A DNA stretch of 64,000 bases from Parcubacteria group bacterium (GTDB taxonomy: Bacteria > Patescibacteriota > Patescibacteriia > UBA11705 > JABHMO01), in NCBI GenBank assembly GCA_043797615.1, contig JAZDPK010000035.1:3523-67522 (forward strand), read 5' to 3'. Below, piece by piece: positions 31,207 through 40,004 of the stretch. Under the pieces are notes generated by a model. That model was not told where the DNA came from. It was given only the letters and a program-made list of their open reading frames with translations, and did not search any database. The position numbers and the translations under genes were made by a program. The stretch's first letter is position 1; each line of letters begins with the position of its first letter.

Positions 31207-32367
31207 ATGAATTTAAATTATAAAAAACTAATTCTTGACGCCGAAACCGAAAAGATCAAAGACGAATTGAAAAATGCCGGTTCGAAATTGCAGGAAAAGG
31301 CGAGCGAGCCGCAAGGCCGTTTACTGTCCGAGCTTTCGGACATGTACGATCGGACGGAAGAAAACAAAGCGCGGAAAGTTAAAACGTATTTGTTCAAGCC
31401 GTACGTCTGGGCGCCGGTCTTGGCCGTGGTTATAATCGCCATTGTCGGATTTAACATGATGAATCAGCCGCCGGTTTACATGAAATATCCGGATCCGATT
31501 TACTACAACTTAGGCGGAATGGAATCCGCGACCGGTTCAAGCTCGATGGATGTTGGAATCGGTTCGTCGTCGACAAGCTTTGCGCAGCCGCAAGCCACGT
31601 TCAAGCAAAGATTCATTGAAAATTTGGGACAGCACGCGGCCAGTCCTGAGGACATCGCGAAAGCCGGTTCCATGCTTGAGAAGGACGTGAACGTCAATAT
31701 CATGTTAGTGAAAAAGGTGGACAGCGTCGAGCTTTTCGCGAAAACAATATTCGAACCGCTGGGCGGCTACGTTCAAAATATCGGCCAGAACAATTATTAC
31801 GGAGATGATAATTCGTTCTGGGTGCGCGGCCGGATCCCGGCGGATAAAATGGACTTGTTCAGAATGTCGTTGAAAAATTTCGTCGGCAAAGACAAGTATT
31901 ATCAGGAAAATCTGAGCGCGCAGTCGCGGACCGCGGATATCGTTGTTATCGATCAAAATATCAAGTCGGTTCAAGACACGATCAATTATTTGAAAGCCGG
32001 CATTGCCAAAGAAACGGATGAAGTGAAAAAGTCGGCATTGCAAAAACAGTTGAACCAAAATAACGCATATTTGAAAGAGCGCGAACAAACGAAAAAAGAA
32101 ATCCTGGCGCAGGTGAATTATGTCGACGTCAGTCTGAACGCGCAAACGATTCCGAATTTCTGGAGCGCGAAAAACATCAATGACATTCAAAATTATTTCT
32201 ACGGATACGAAAGCGTGTCGCTCTGGAGCCAGATGCTGATCAACGCTTTGTTCGTCTGCATCGGCGCGCTGAAAATATTGAGCTGGACGTTCTGGGCGAT
32301 TATCATCGTTGTCTGGTTAATCATTAGAAAACGCCGGAAGAACAAGTGGCTTGAACAAATGGAATAA
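31207..32367 (+). CDS. Membrane protein, anti-sigma-like / DUF4349-like
   Basis: Follows the ECF sigma; TM near residue 70, GGYV...RIP motif, coiled coil and C-terminal TM. Confidence 0.55.
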   Translation: MNLNYKKLILDAETEKIKDELKNAGSKLQEKASEPQGRLLSELSDMYDRTEENKARKVKTYLFKPYVWAPVLAVVIIAIVGFNMMNQPPVYMKYPDPIYYNLGGMESATGSSSMDVGIGSSSTSFAQPQATFKQRFIENLGQHAASPEDIAKAGSMLEKDVNVNIMLVKKVDSVELFAKTIFEPLGGYVQNIGQNNYYGDDNSFWVRGRIPADKMDLFRMSLKNFVGKDKYYQENLSAQSRTADIVVIDQNIKSVQDTINYLKAGIAKETDEVKKSALQKQLNQNNAYLKEREQTKKEILAQVNYVDVSLNAQTIPNFWSAKNINDIQNYFYGYESVSLWSQMLINALFVCIGALKILSWTFWAIIIVVWLIIRKRRKNKWLEQME

Positions 32368-32548
32368 CATTATTCGTAAAAAAAGATCGGTCGATATGGG
32401 CCGGTCTTTTCAGTTGAATTCCGGCGGATAAAGTGCTATCATTAAATCAAATAATTAACCGTAAAAAAATATGGGAATGAGCCTTTCTCCAAGTTTAGAA
32501 TAGCCGAAAAAAACAGAGCAAAACATCGATCTTGGCCCTGTTTATGAA

Positions 32549-33307
32549 TTGAAAGAGCCGATGCAGAATATCCTTGAGCAAATGCGCGATCGCATCGACA
32601 ACAAGGAATACAAGTTGATCATCGGCGACGACGCGTCCGGTAGAATTCCGACTTTTATTTTTCGAAAATTTTTGAAAAAAGTTTACGGCAAGGAAGACGC
32701 GAAAAAATTGCAAACGCTGTTTTTTGCCGGATTCGGCGCGGGCGGGGAGCTAAGAAGAAAAATAAATTTGGGAGAAAACGGATTGGTTGATAAAAAACAA
32801 AAAATGTCAGATTTTATTTCTCAACACTCGATTAAATTAAATGCAGAGGAGAGAGTTTTATTGGTTACCGACACGATAAATACCGGTTCCTCAATAAAAC
32901 CGATGATTGAAGCGCTTCAAGCATTGGGATACGCCGTGGATGTTGCAACTGTCGGCGTATGTAAAATTAACATTGAAGATAGGACAGATCTTTCCGACGA
33001 AGAAAAAACAGATTCGCTTAAAGAAAAATTTAATTGTGATGTGTTTGTCGGGTTGCATGAGCCACCGGAAATTTGGGGAAAAGATGAACTTAATGGCGTT
33101 TTTAAATTTGAAAAAGATCTGCATTCAACAATCATTGCAAGCGTTGCCAGAGATAAATTCATCGTCGATAAAAAAGTTTCCCTTGCCCGACGCGCGGCGA
33201 ACGAAGTGGCGGACGAGCTGGCGGAGTGGTATGCAGCATTGTCATCCTGCCCTGAATTTAATTCAGGGGATTCAGAATCGGACAATGCTGTGAAAAAATC
33301 AAAATAA
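32549..33307 (+). CDS. Phosphoribosyltransferase-fold hypothetical protein (N-terminus cut by an in-frame TAG)
   Basis: IIGDDASGR and VLLVTDTINTGSS PRPP-binding-like motif; in-frame ATG at 32471 is separated by TAG at 32501. Confidence 0.6.
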   Translation: MKEPMQNILEQMRDRIDNKEYKLIIGDDASGRIPTFIFRKFLKKVYGKEDAKKLQTLFFAGFGAGGELRRKINLGENGLVDKKQKMSDFISQHSIKLNAEERVLLVTDTINTGSSIKPMIEALQALGYAVDVATVGVCKINIEDRTDLSDEEKTDSLKEKFNCDVFVGLHEPPEIWGKDELNGVFKFEKDLHSTIIASVARDKFIVDKKVSLARRAANEVADELAEWYAALSSCPEFNSGDSESDNAVKKSK

Positions 33308-33855
33308 TTTTCCTGAGATGTCGGATTCTGAATCCCGCATATCATGTAATTTGCATTTATGTGACGCAGCGGGTTCAGAATGACATCTCTGGGTTTTTTC
33401 CGCTGTTATTCTTCCGTTAATTACCGGAGCTCGATTCAGGGCGGGGTCGGACAATTGTTTATCTCCGCTGTCACCCTGAACTTGATTCAGGGTCGGACAG
33501 TTGTATGATTAATGACTTATGAGAAGTTACAATTATTACGTTTATATAATGGCCAGCGACAGATGGACTTTGTACATCGGCGTGACAAACGATCTTGTCC
33601 GTCGAATAAGCGAGCATAAACTTAAATTAAGTCCCAAAAGTTTTACCGCGCGTTACAATATTCTGAAATTAGTTTATTACGAGCATTTTACAGATGTGAA
33701 TGCCGCTATTGCGCGCGAAAAACAATTGAAAAATTGGCGTCGCAAGTGGAAATTGGATTTGATAAAAGAAAACAATCCTGATTTTCTTGATTTAAGCGAT
33801 AAATTGCGTTAGTTCGTCGCGATGTCGGATCCTGAATCGAGTTCAGGATGACATC
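33240..33855. repeat. Cluster of TGTCAYCCTGAA...TTCAGGRTCSGACA palindromes flanking a GIY-YIG gene
   Basis: Copies at 33240-33284, 33317-33387 (inverted), 33469-33499 and 33821-33855 (inverted). Confidence 0.8.
33519..33812 (+). CDS. Small stand-alone GIY-YIG nuclease
   Basis: YYVYIMAS...LYIGVTNDLVRR..EH...FT.RY...LVYYE...AIAREKQLKNW.R.WK..LI...NP. Confidence 0.92.
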   Translation: MRSYNYYVYIMASDRWTLYIGVTNDLVRRISEHKLKLSPKSFTARYNILKLVYYEHFTDVNAAIAREKQLKNWRRKWKLDLIKENNPDFLDLSDKLR

Positions 33856-33911
33856 GCTCTTTTTCCTTTGCATACAATAATTTGGTTTGAGGTAATATCG
33901 CTAATAGATAT

Positions 33912-35009
33912 ATGAATATCGAAAATCTTTATGAAATTTTAACCGACCAGCCCGCGTACCGCATCAAGCAAGTCGAGCGCGCGGTGTTTTTCAATTTAAT
34001 CGAAAGCTGGGACGAAGCCACGGCCTTGCCGAAAGATTTGCGGCGGAAATTGAACGACGAAGTTGATTTGCAAATAAAAAATCAATTGTTCAAATCAAAA
34101 AAAGGCGATTCGCAAAAAGCGCTGATTGAATTCTCCGATGGAAGCAAAGTGGAAACCGTTTTGATTCGGCATAATGACGGTCCCCATACCAGCATAGACG
34201 CGGTACGGGGCAAGCGAAATACCGTCTGCGTTTCATCGCAAATCGGCTGTCCTCTGGACTGCGCGTTTTGCGCCACGGGGAAAATGGGATTTAAACGGAA
34301 TCTAACCAAAGAGGAAATAGTTGAACAAGTTTTGTTTTGGAATAGATTGTTACGAACGCAGTACCATGGTTCTTACTATGGAACTGAGGAAAAAAAAGAG
34401 CGGGACTGCTCGCCGGAGCTCGAAGAGCGTAGGCGGGTTTCCAATCTGGTGTTCATGGGCATGGGCGAGCCGTTTCTGAATTATGAAAACGTGATGAATG
34501 CGATAAAATTTTTAAATCGAAAAGAAATCTTCGGCATCGGCATGCGCAACATTTCCATTTCCACGATCGGCGTGCTGGAAGGCATTAAGAAATTCACCGA
34601 TGAAGATTTGCAAATCAATCTGGCGATTTCTCTGCACGCGCCGAACGATAAATTGCGAACCGAACTTATTCCGGCGAACAAAACTTGGCCGATAAAAAAA
34701 GTTTTAGCCGCTGTTGACGATTACATCGCCAAAACGAATCGCAAAGTGATGTTCGAATACATCATGATTAAAGACGTGAACGACAGCGACGCGGATGCAC
34801 GCGAACTGGCCGGGCTCATGAAAAAGAAATTGTACCTGGTGAACTTAATTCCGTACAATGAAACGGAAAAATTCCATTCCTCTTTGAATAAGCGTATTGA
34901 AAAATTCAAAAACATTTTGGAGCGCGCCGGAGTGAATGTTACAAGGCGCCGAGCGTTCGGGCAGGATATCGACGCGGCGTGCGGGCAACTGGTTACACGA
35001 CATTGCTGA
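33912..35009 (+). CDS. rlmN: Radical SAM RNA methyltransferase RlmN
   Basis: CVSSQIGCPLDCAFCATG, FMGMGEP, AISLHA, DIDAACGQL. Confidence 0.93.
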   Translation: MNIENLYEILTDQPAYRIKQVERAVFFNLIESWDEATALPKDLRRKLNDEVDLQIKNQLFKSKKGDSQKALIEFSDGSKVETVLIRHNDGPHTSIDAVRGKRNTVCVSSQIGCPLDCAFCATGKMGFKRNLTKEEIVEQVLFWNRLLRTQYHGSYYGTEEKKERDCSPELEERRRVSNLVFMGMGEPFLNYENVMNAIKFLNRKEIFGIGMRNISISTIGVLEGIKKFTDEDLQINLAISLHAPNDKLRTELIPANKTWPIKKVLAAVDDYIAKTNRKVMFEYIMIKDVNDSDADARELAGLMKKKLYLVNLIPYNETEKFHSSLNKRIEKFKNILERAGVNVTRRRAFGQDIDAACGQLVTRHC

Positions 35010-35247
35010 TGCGAATGAACGGAGAATGCGAATGCCGCCTGCCTTCGCCGAAGCGTAGCGCCGGCTACGCGCAGGCAGGCGAATGAAATCAATATAAGTA
35101 TTTTAATTCGCATCATTTGCATTGAGCAATATTCGCATCAATAATGATGTTTATCTGTATCGACAGCGGAATTTCACGCCGTTCTCTTTCATGTCAAATG
35201 TTACATATTCAACGGATTGTTTTTTGAAAATCAAGAAAGGAGAAAAA

Positions 35248-35484
35248 ATGTTCAACTGGAAAAAATCAATGATCAGATGCGGTTTGTCGGAAATTTTTAC
35301 CGGTTTTGTTTTGCTCGGGATCGCAATACTCGAAATTCTCGGTTTCGATGTTATCGTTATCAAAGGAATTGAAGAAAAAATTTTTGCGACTGCGCTCTTA
35401 GCGCTCGGCGGAGTTATTTTTATCTTGATCGGTATTCAGAGCATTCGGACGAGAAACGATGTTTATGTCCAAAAGCGCCTTTGA
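35248..35484 (+). CDS. Small two-TM protein
   Basis: AAGGAG RBS; two hydrophobic helices. Confidence 0.55.
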   Translation: MFNWKKSMIRCGLSEIFTGFVLLGIAILEILGFDVIVIKGIEEKIFATALLALGGVIFILIGIQSIRTRNDVYVQKRL

Positions 35485-35736
35485 TCGAAAGTAATTTTGC
35501 AAGGGAAGTTGCGCAACGCGGCTTCTCTTTTTTATTTTGAAAAAAAGTGAGACGGGTGGGACAGGTGAGTAAGGAGAGACAAGTGTGAATACGAATATGC
35601 GCGAATAATCACGCTGTAAATGCTTTCATGCCGAAGCTTTTAGTGAAGACGGGGAGCTGAGAGATAGTTCTTGCATATTTAGATAATCCGTGCTATTATT
35701 CTGTTATTCGCAAATTTTCTTAATTCAATCAAATAA

Positions 35737-35828
35737 ATCACATACTCTTCCCGGCTATTTTTAGCCAAAATTAATCGCGCCTGCTTGTTTATTCAAATGA
35801 GCCGCGTTAATCGGAAGAGTAGCGGATT
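35737..35828 (+). promoter_or_regulatory. Structured rpsB leader (possible S2 autoregulatory RNA)
   Basis: TACTCTTCC/GGAAGAGTA enclosing TTAATCGCG/CGCGTTAA stems, between a promoter-like site and rpsB. Confidence 0.45.
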
Positions 35829-35885
35829 CTTTTTTTTCGCAAATCGTTTAATTCGCGTTAAAAAAGAATAAAAAGGACACAATTT

Positions 35886-36602
35886 ATGTTTACAATCCCA
35901 TCATTGGAAGAGATGATGAAAGCAGGCGTTCACTTCGGCCATCAGCGCTCAAAGTGGCACCCGAAAATGAAGCCGTACATTTTCACCGAAAAAAACGGCG
36001 TGCAGATAATTAATTTGGAAGAAACTCAAAAGCAGCTGGGGAAGGCTTTGGAGTTTATCGCGAAAACTGTGGAGCAAGGCGGCACAGTTCTTTTTTTAGG
36101 CACGAAAATCCAAGCCAAGAAAATCGTCAAAGAAGCGGCCGAATCGTGCAAGTCGCCGTACATCATTTCGCGGTGGCTCGGCGGCACGCTGACCAATGCT
36201 TCGTCCATTCTCGGCCTGGTGAAGAAATTCCGCAAGCTGCGCTCGGACAAAGCGTCCGGCGCCCTGGAAAAATACACGAAGAAAGAACAATTGCTTATGA
36301 ACCAGGAAATTATCAGATTGGAAGGCCTGGTCGGCGGCATTGCCGAGCTCGATAAAATTCCGGACGTTTTGTTCATCGTCGACATCCGCGAGGAAAAAAC
36401 CGCGGTCAAAGAGGCGATCCGCAAGAATATGCCGGTGGTCGCGATTTGCGATACGAACACCAATCCGGAGCAAGTCGCTTATCCGATTCCGGCGAATGAC
36501 GACGCGATCAAGTCGATCGCACTGCTCGTGGGCACGGTGGCGCAGACGATCTCGGACGTGAAGAGCAAGAAAAACGAAGCGCCGAAAACAGAAAAAAAAT
36601 AG
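35886..36602 (+). CDS. rpsB: 30S ribosomal protein S2
   Basis: AGVHFGH...WHPKMKPYI, RWLGGTLTN, IPANDDA. Confidence 0.97.
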   Translation: MFTIPSLEEMMKAGVHFGHQRSKWHPKMKPYIFTEKNGVQIINLEETQKQLGKALEFIAKTVEQGGTVLFLGTKIQAKKIVKEAAESCKSPYIISRWLGGTLTNASSILGLVKKFRKLRSDKASGALEKYTKKEQLLMNQEIIRLEGLVGGIAELDKIPDVLFIVDIREEKTAVKEAIRKNMPVVAICDTNTNPEQVAYPIPANDDAIKSIALLVGTVAQTISDVKSKKNEAPKTEKK

Positions 36603-36763
36603 AAAAATTTTATTCCCGCTCGCCGTGTACCATACGGTACATGGCTCGCAAGCTCGCATTTATTAATTTATTCTCATTAAGATAATCTTTGATAGAATAA
36701 ATCAATAAACGCGACTTATAAAAATTTTTGCTCCAGAAAATAATAAATTTTTCCCTTACTCAT

Positions 36764-37351
36764 ATGCACAATCCAAAAGCGATCCTTAAGTTAAGAAATT
36801 TAACCGGCGCAGGCCTGGTCGACTGCCAAAAGGCGCTTGACGAAGCCGGCGGCGATTTGACAAAAGCTCAGGAAATTCTGCGCAAGAAGGGCGAAGCCAA
36901 AGCCGCGAAAAAAATTCAGGAGCGACAGGCCAAGGAAGGCATTGTCTATTCCTACATCCATTCGAACAATAAAGTCGGCGTATTGCTCGAATTGTTCTGT
37001 GAAACCGATTTTGTCGCCCGGACCGATGATTTTAAAAATCTGGCGCGCGATATCGCCATGCAGATCGCGGCCATGTCGCCGGAATATTTGAATTCCGATC
37101 AAATCCCGGACGAAGTGATTGAAAAGGAAAAAGAAATTTACCGCGAACAATTGAAAACCGAAGGCAAGCCGGAAGCGATGATTGAAAAAATAATGACCGG
37201 CAAGCTGCAGAAATTTTACGAGGAAGTTTGCCTATTGAATCAGCCTTTCATCAAAGACGAAAAAATCAAAATCGAAGATTTGATCAAGCAAGCGATCGCC
37301 AAGATCGGCGAGAAAATCGAGATCGGAAAATTCGTTAGATTCCAAATTTAA
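36764..37351 (+). CDS. tsf: Elongation factor Ts (short form)
   Basis: LR..TGAG..DC.KAL, CETDFVA; follows rpsB. Confidence 0.95.
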   Translation: MHNPKAILKLRNLTGAGLVDCQKALDEAGGDLTKAQEILRKKGEAKAAKKIQERQAKEGIVYSYIHSNNKVGVLLELFCETDFVARTDDFKNLARDIAMQIAAMSPEYLNSDQIPDEVIEKEKEIYREQLKTEGKPEAMIEKIMTGKLQKFYEEVCLLNQPFIKDEKIKIEDLIKQAIAKIGEKIEIGKFVRFQI

Positions 37352-37407
37352 GTTTTTCCGTTTTTTCTTTTTTCCATTTACCATTTACTATTTTACCATT
37401 TCAATAT

Positions 37408-38202
37408 ATGCGCGTTGCTGAAGTGCAATTCACGCCTTGGGACAAAATTTACGATTTCGATCCGAACGGTTTTGACGTTGCGACCGGCGATTACGTGATC
37501 GTTGAAACGAAAATCGGCGTTGAGATGGGGCGGGTGGCCGGATTTACCGAGCTTTCCGAAAGCGATCTGAAAGCCCTGCCCGAGCCCTTGAAGCCGATCG
37601 CGCGCAAAGCGTCTCAGGACGATCTGGACATTGTTTTGAAGCAGAATCAGAAAAAAACGCAGGCGTTCAGCGAATGCCGCCGACTGATCAAGAAAACCAA
37701 CTTGCCGATCAAGCTGGTGGACGCCCATTTCTCGTTCGACGACACGCGCATCACTTTCGCGTTCATCGCCGACGGCCGGGTCGATTTCCGCGAGCTTTTG
37801 AAGGAATTGAATCGCCATTTCAAGAAAAACATCCGCCTGCAGCAGCTCGGCATCCGCGACGAAATAAAAATGAGCGGCGACACCGGCTATTGCGGCCGGA
37901 ATTTGTGCTGCCAGTCTTTTTACAAGGAGCTCGGCAACGTGACGTCCGATCTAGCGGAGATGCAGCAGGTAGCGCACCGCGGACCGGATCGGCTGTCCGG
38001 CGTTTGCGGACGGTTGAAATGCTGCCTGACTTTTGAAAAAGACCTGTACAACGAGCTCGCGGCGAAGATGCCGGCAGTCGGCTCGAAAATAAAAACCACG
38101 CACGGCAAGGGCGAAGTGATCGGCTGGCATGTTTTGAAGCAGACGGTGGACGTGCTTCTCGAGGACAAAGAAACGATTCTGGAGGTTCCTATTGAGAAAT
38201 AG
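37408..38202 (+). CDS. PSP1-domain regulatory Fe-S protein (RicT/YaaT-like)
   Basis: ADGRVDFREL, CGR.LCC, SGVCGRLKCCL. Confidence 0.88.
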   Translation: MRVAEVQFTPWDKIYDFDPNGFDVATGDYVIVETKIGVEMGRVAGFTELSESDLKALPEPLKPIARKASQDDLDIVLKQNQKKTQAFSECRRLIKKTNLPIKLVDAHFSFDDTRITFAFIADGRVDFRELLKELNRHFKKNIRLQQLGIRDEIKMSGDTGYCGRNLCCQSFYKELGNVTSDLAEMQQVAHRGPDRLSGVCGRLKCCLTFEKDLYNELAAKMPAVGSKIKTTHGKGEVIGWHVLKQTVDVLLEDKETILEVPIEK

Positions 38203-38342
38203 GGGCTTTTTTTGTTTTTATGTTATAATATTAAAAGAATACGGATATCACGGATTACAACGGATTCGGCGGATTCTTTAGGTTATAATTCTTATGGAAT
38301 CCGTTCTTATCCGTTTCTTAATCCGTTTTTATCCGTTCTTAT

Positions 38343-39380
38343 ATGAAAAAAGAACTCCAACAATTGAAAAATCAAGCCGAAGAATTGATCGAAAAAGCGG
38401 CCAGCCTGCTGGCTTTGGAAAAAGTCGAGCTTAAATATTTCAGCCGTCAGGGCGGCGAATTGAATAATATTTTAAAATCGCTGAAAAACTTGTCTGTAAA
38501 CGAAAAGAAAGACATCGGCCAATTCGCCAATGAGATCAAATCAAGCCTGGCTGATATGATTGAAATCCGCAAAAAAGATTTAAATAAAAAAGAAATCGCC
38601 AGCCGAATCAGCAATGAAAAAATAGACACCAGCCAGCCGGGAATCAAGCCGGAAATGGGATCGCTGCACCCCTTGACTATCGTGCAGCAGGAATTGGAAG
38701 ATATTTTCGCTTCGCTCGGTTTTCGGATTTTGCACGGGCCGGAGCTTGAGTCCGATTATTACAATTTCACCGCTTTGAATATTCCGGACACGCATCCGGT
38801 AAGGGACAATAGGGATACGTTTTACGTTAAAATGAAAGCGGGCGAGGAAAAATTGCTGCTCCGGACGGAAACTTCCGCCGTGCAGATCCGCGCGATGCAG
38901 AAATACGGCGCGCCTTTGAAAGTCGTGGCGCCGGGCCGGGTTTTCCGGAATGAAGCGCTGGACGCGTCGCATGAGCACACTTTTTACCAAATGGAAGGAT
39001 TAATGATTGATAAAAACATTTCGATCGTGAATTTGATCGCGGTCATGAAGACATTGCTCAAAGGAATTTTCAAAAAAGACATGAAGATCAGGCTGCGGCC
39101 CGGATATTTCCCGTTCGTCGAGCCGGGATTCGAGCTTGACATCCAATGTTCGATCTGCGAAGGCAAAGGCTGCAGCGTGTGCAAGCAGAGCGGCTGGCTG
39201 GAGCTTATGCCGTGCGGTATGGTGCACCCGAACGTCCTGCGCGCCGGCAACATCGATCCGGAAAAATATTCCGGCTTCGCCTTCGGCCTCGGCCTTACGC
39301 GCCTGGTGATGATGCGATACGGCGTTGACGATATCAGATTGTTCAATAGCGGCGATTTGCGCTTTTTGAAGCAGTTTTGA
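38343..39380 (+). CDS. pheS: Phenylalanine-tRNA ligase alpha subunit
   Basis: GSLHP, NF.ALN, YFPFVEP, GFAFGLG. Confidence 0.96.
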   Translation: MKKELQQLKNQAEELIEKAASLLALEKVELKYFSRQGGELNNILKSLKNLSVNEKKDIGQFANEIKSSLADMIEIRKKDLNKKEIASRISNEKIDTSQPGIKPEMGSLHPLTIVQQELEDIFASLGFRILHGPELESDYYNFTALNIPDTHPVRDNRDTFYVKMKAGEEKLLLRTETSAVQIRAMQKYGAPLKVVAPGRVFRNEALDASHEHTFYQMEGLMIDKNISIVNLIAVMKTLLKGIFKKDMKIRLRPGYFPFVEPGFELDIQCSICEGKGCSVCKQSGWLELMPCGMVHPNVLRAGNIDPEKYSGFAFGLGLTRLVMMRYGVDDIRLFNSGDLRFLKQF

Positions 39381-39422
39381 TTTTGATGAAACGATAGGTC
39401 TTATACGACCTATACGACATAT

Positions 39423-40001
39423 ATGACATATAATAACAATCAAAATCAAAACTGCTCTATCCCTGAGATAATTTCGCCGCATGGTGGATACCGCAAGTTA
39501 TTGTCCTATCAGAACGCTGTGATCGTGTACGACTTAACCGTTGTATTCTGCGATCAGAATGTAGACCGTTTCAGCCGAACTAAAGATCAAATGGTGCAGG
39601 CGGCTCGGAGCGGCAAGCAGAACATTGTCGAGGGGAGCATGGCGTCTGGCACTTCAAAAAAAACAGAATTAAAACTGATTGGCGTTGCCAGGGCAAGTCT
39701 TGAAGAATTACTTCAAGATTATGAAGATTTTTTGCGGCAACGAGGGCTGAAAATCTGGGGAAAAGATGATGAGCGGGCGAGAAAAATAAGGAATATGTCT
39801 TATATGACTAATAGGTCATATAAGACATATAATGCATACCTTTCCTCGCCCGAAGTTGCCGCTAATGTAATGATCTGCCTGATTCACCAAACGAATTATT
39901 TATTGGACAGGCAGATGGCGGCGTTAGCAAGGGACTTTACGGAAAACGGAGGATTGACTGAAAGATTATATAACGCAAGACGAAATAATTTAAAATACTA
40001 A
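39423..40001 (+). CDS. Four-helix-bundle suffix-domain protein (23S IVP-like fold)
   Basis: GGYRKL.SYQ, RT.DQMVQAARSGKQNI.EGS, VARASLEELL.DYED, F...GG..ERL. Confidence 0.85.
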   Translation: MTYNNNQNQNCSIPEIISPHGGYRKLLSYQNAVIVYDLTVVFCDQNVDRFSRTKDQMVQAARSGKQNIVEGSMASGTSKKTELKLIGVARASLEELLQDYEDFLRQRGLKIWGKDDERARKIRNMSYMTNRSYKTYNAYLSSPEVAANVMICLIHQTNYLLDRQMAALARDFTENGGLTERLYNARRNNLKY

Positions 40002-40004
40002 AAT

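Noticed and set aside
39423-40001. DGR avd gene
   Set aside because: Motifs match the four-helix-bundle suffix family, and there is no adjacent RT or TR.
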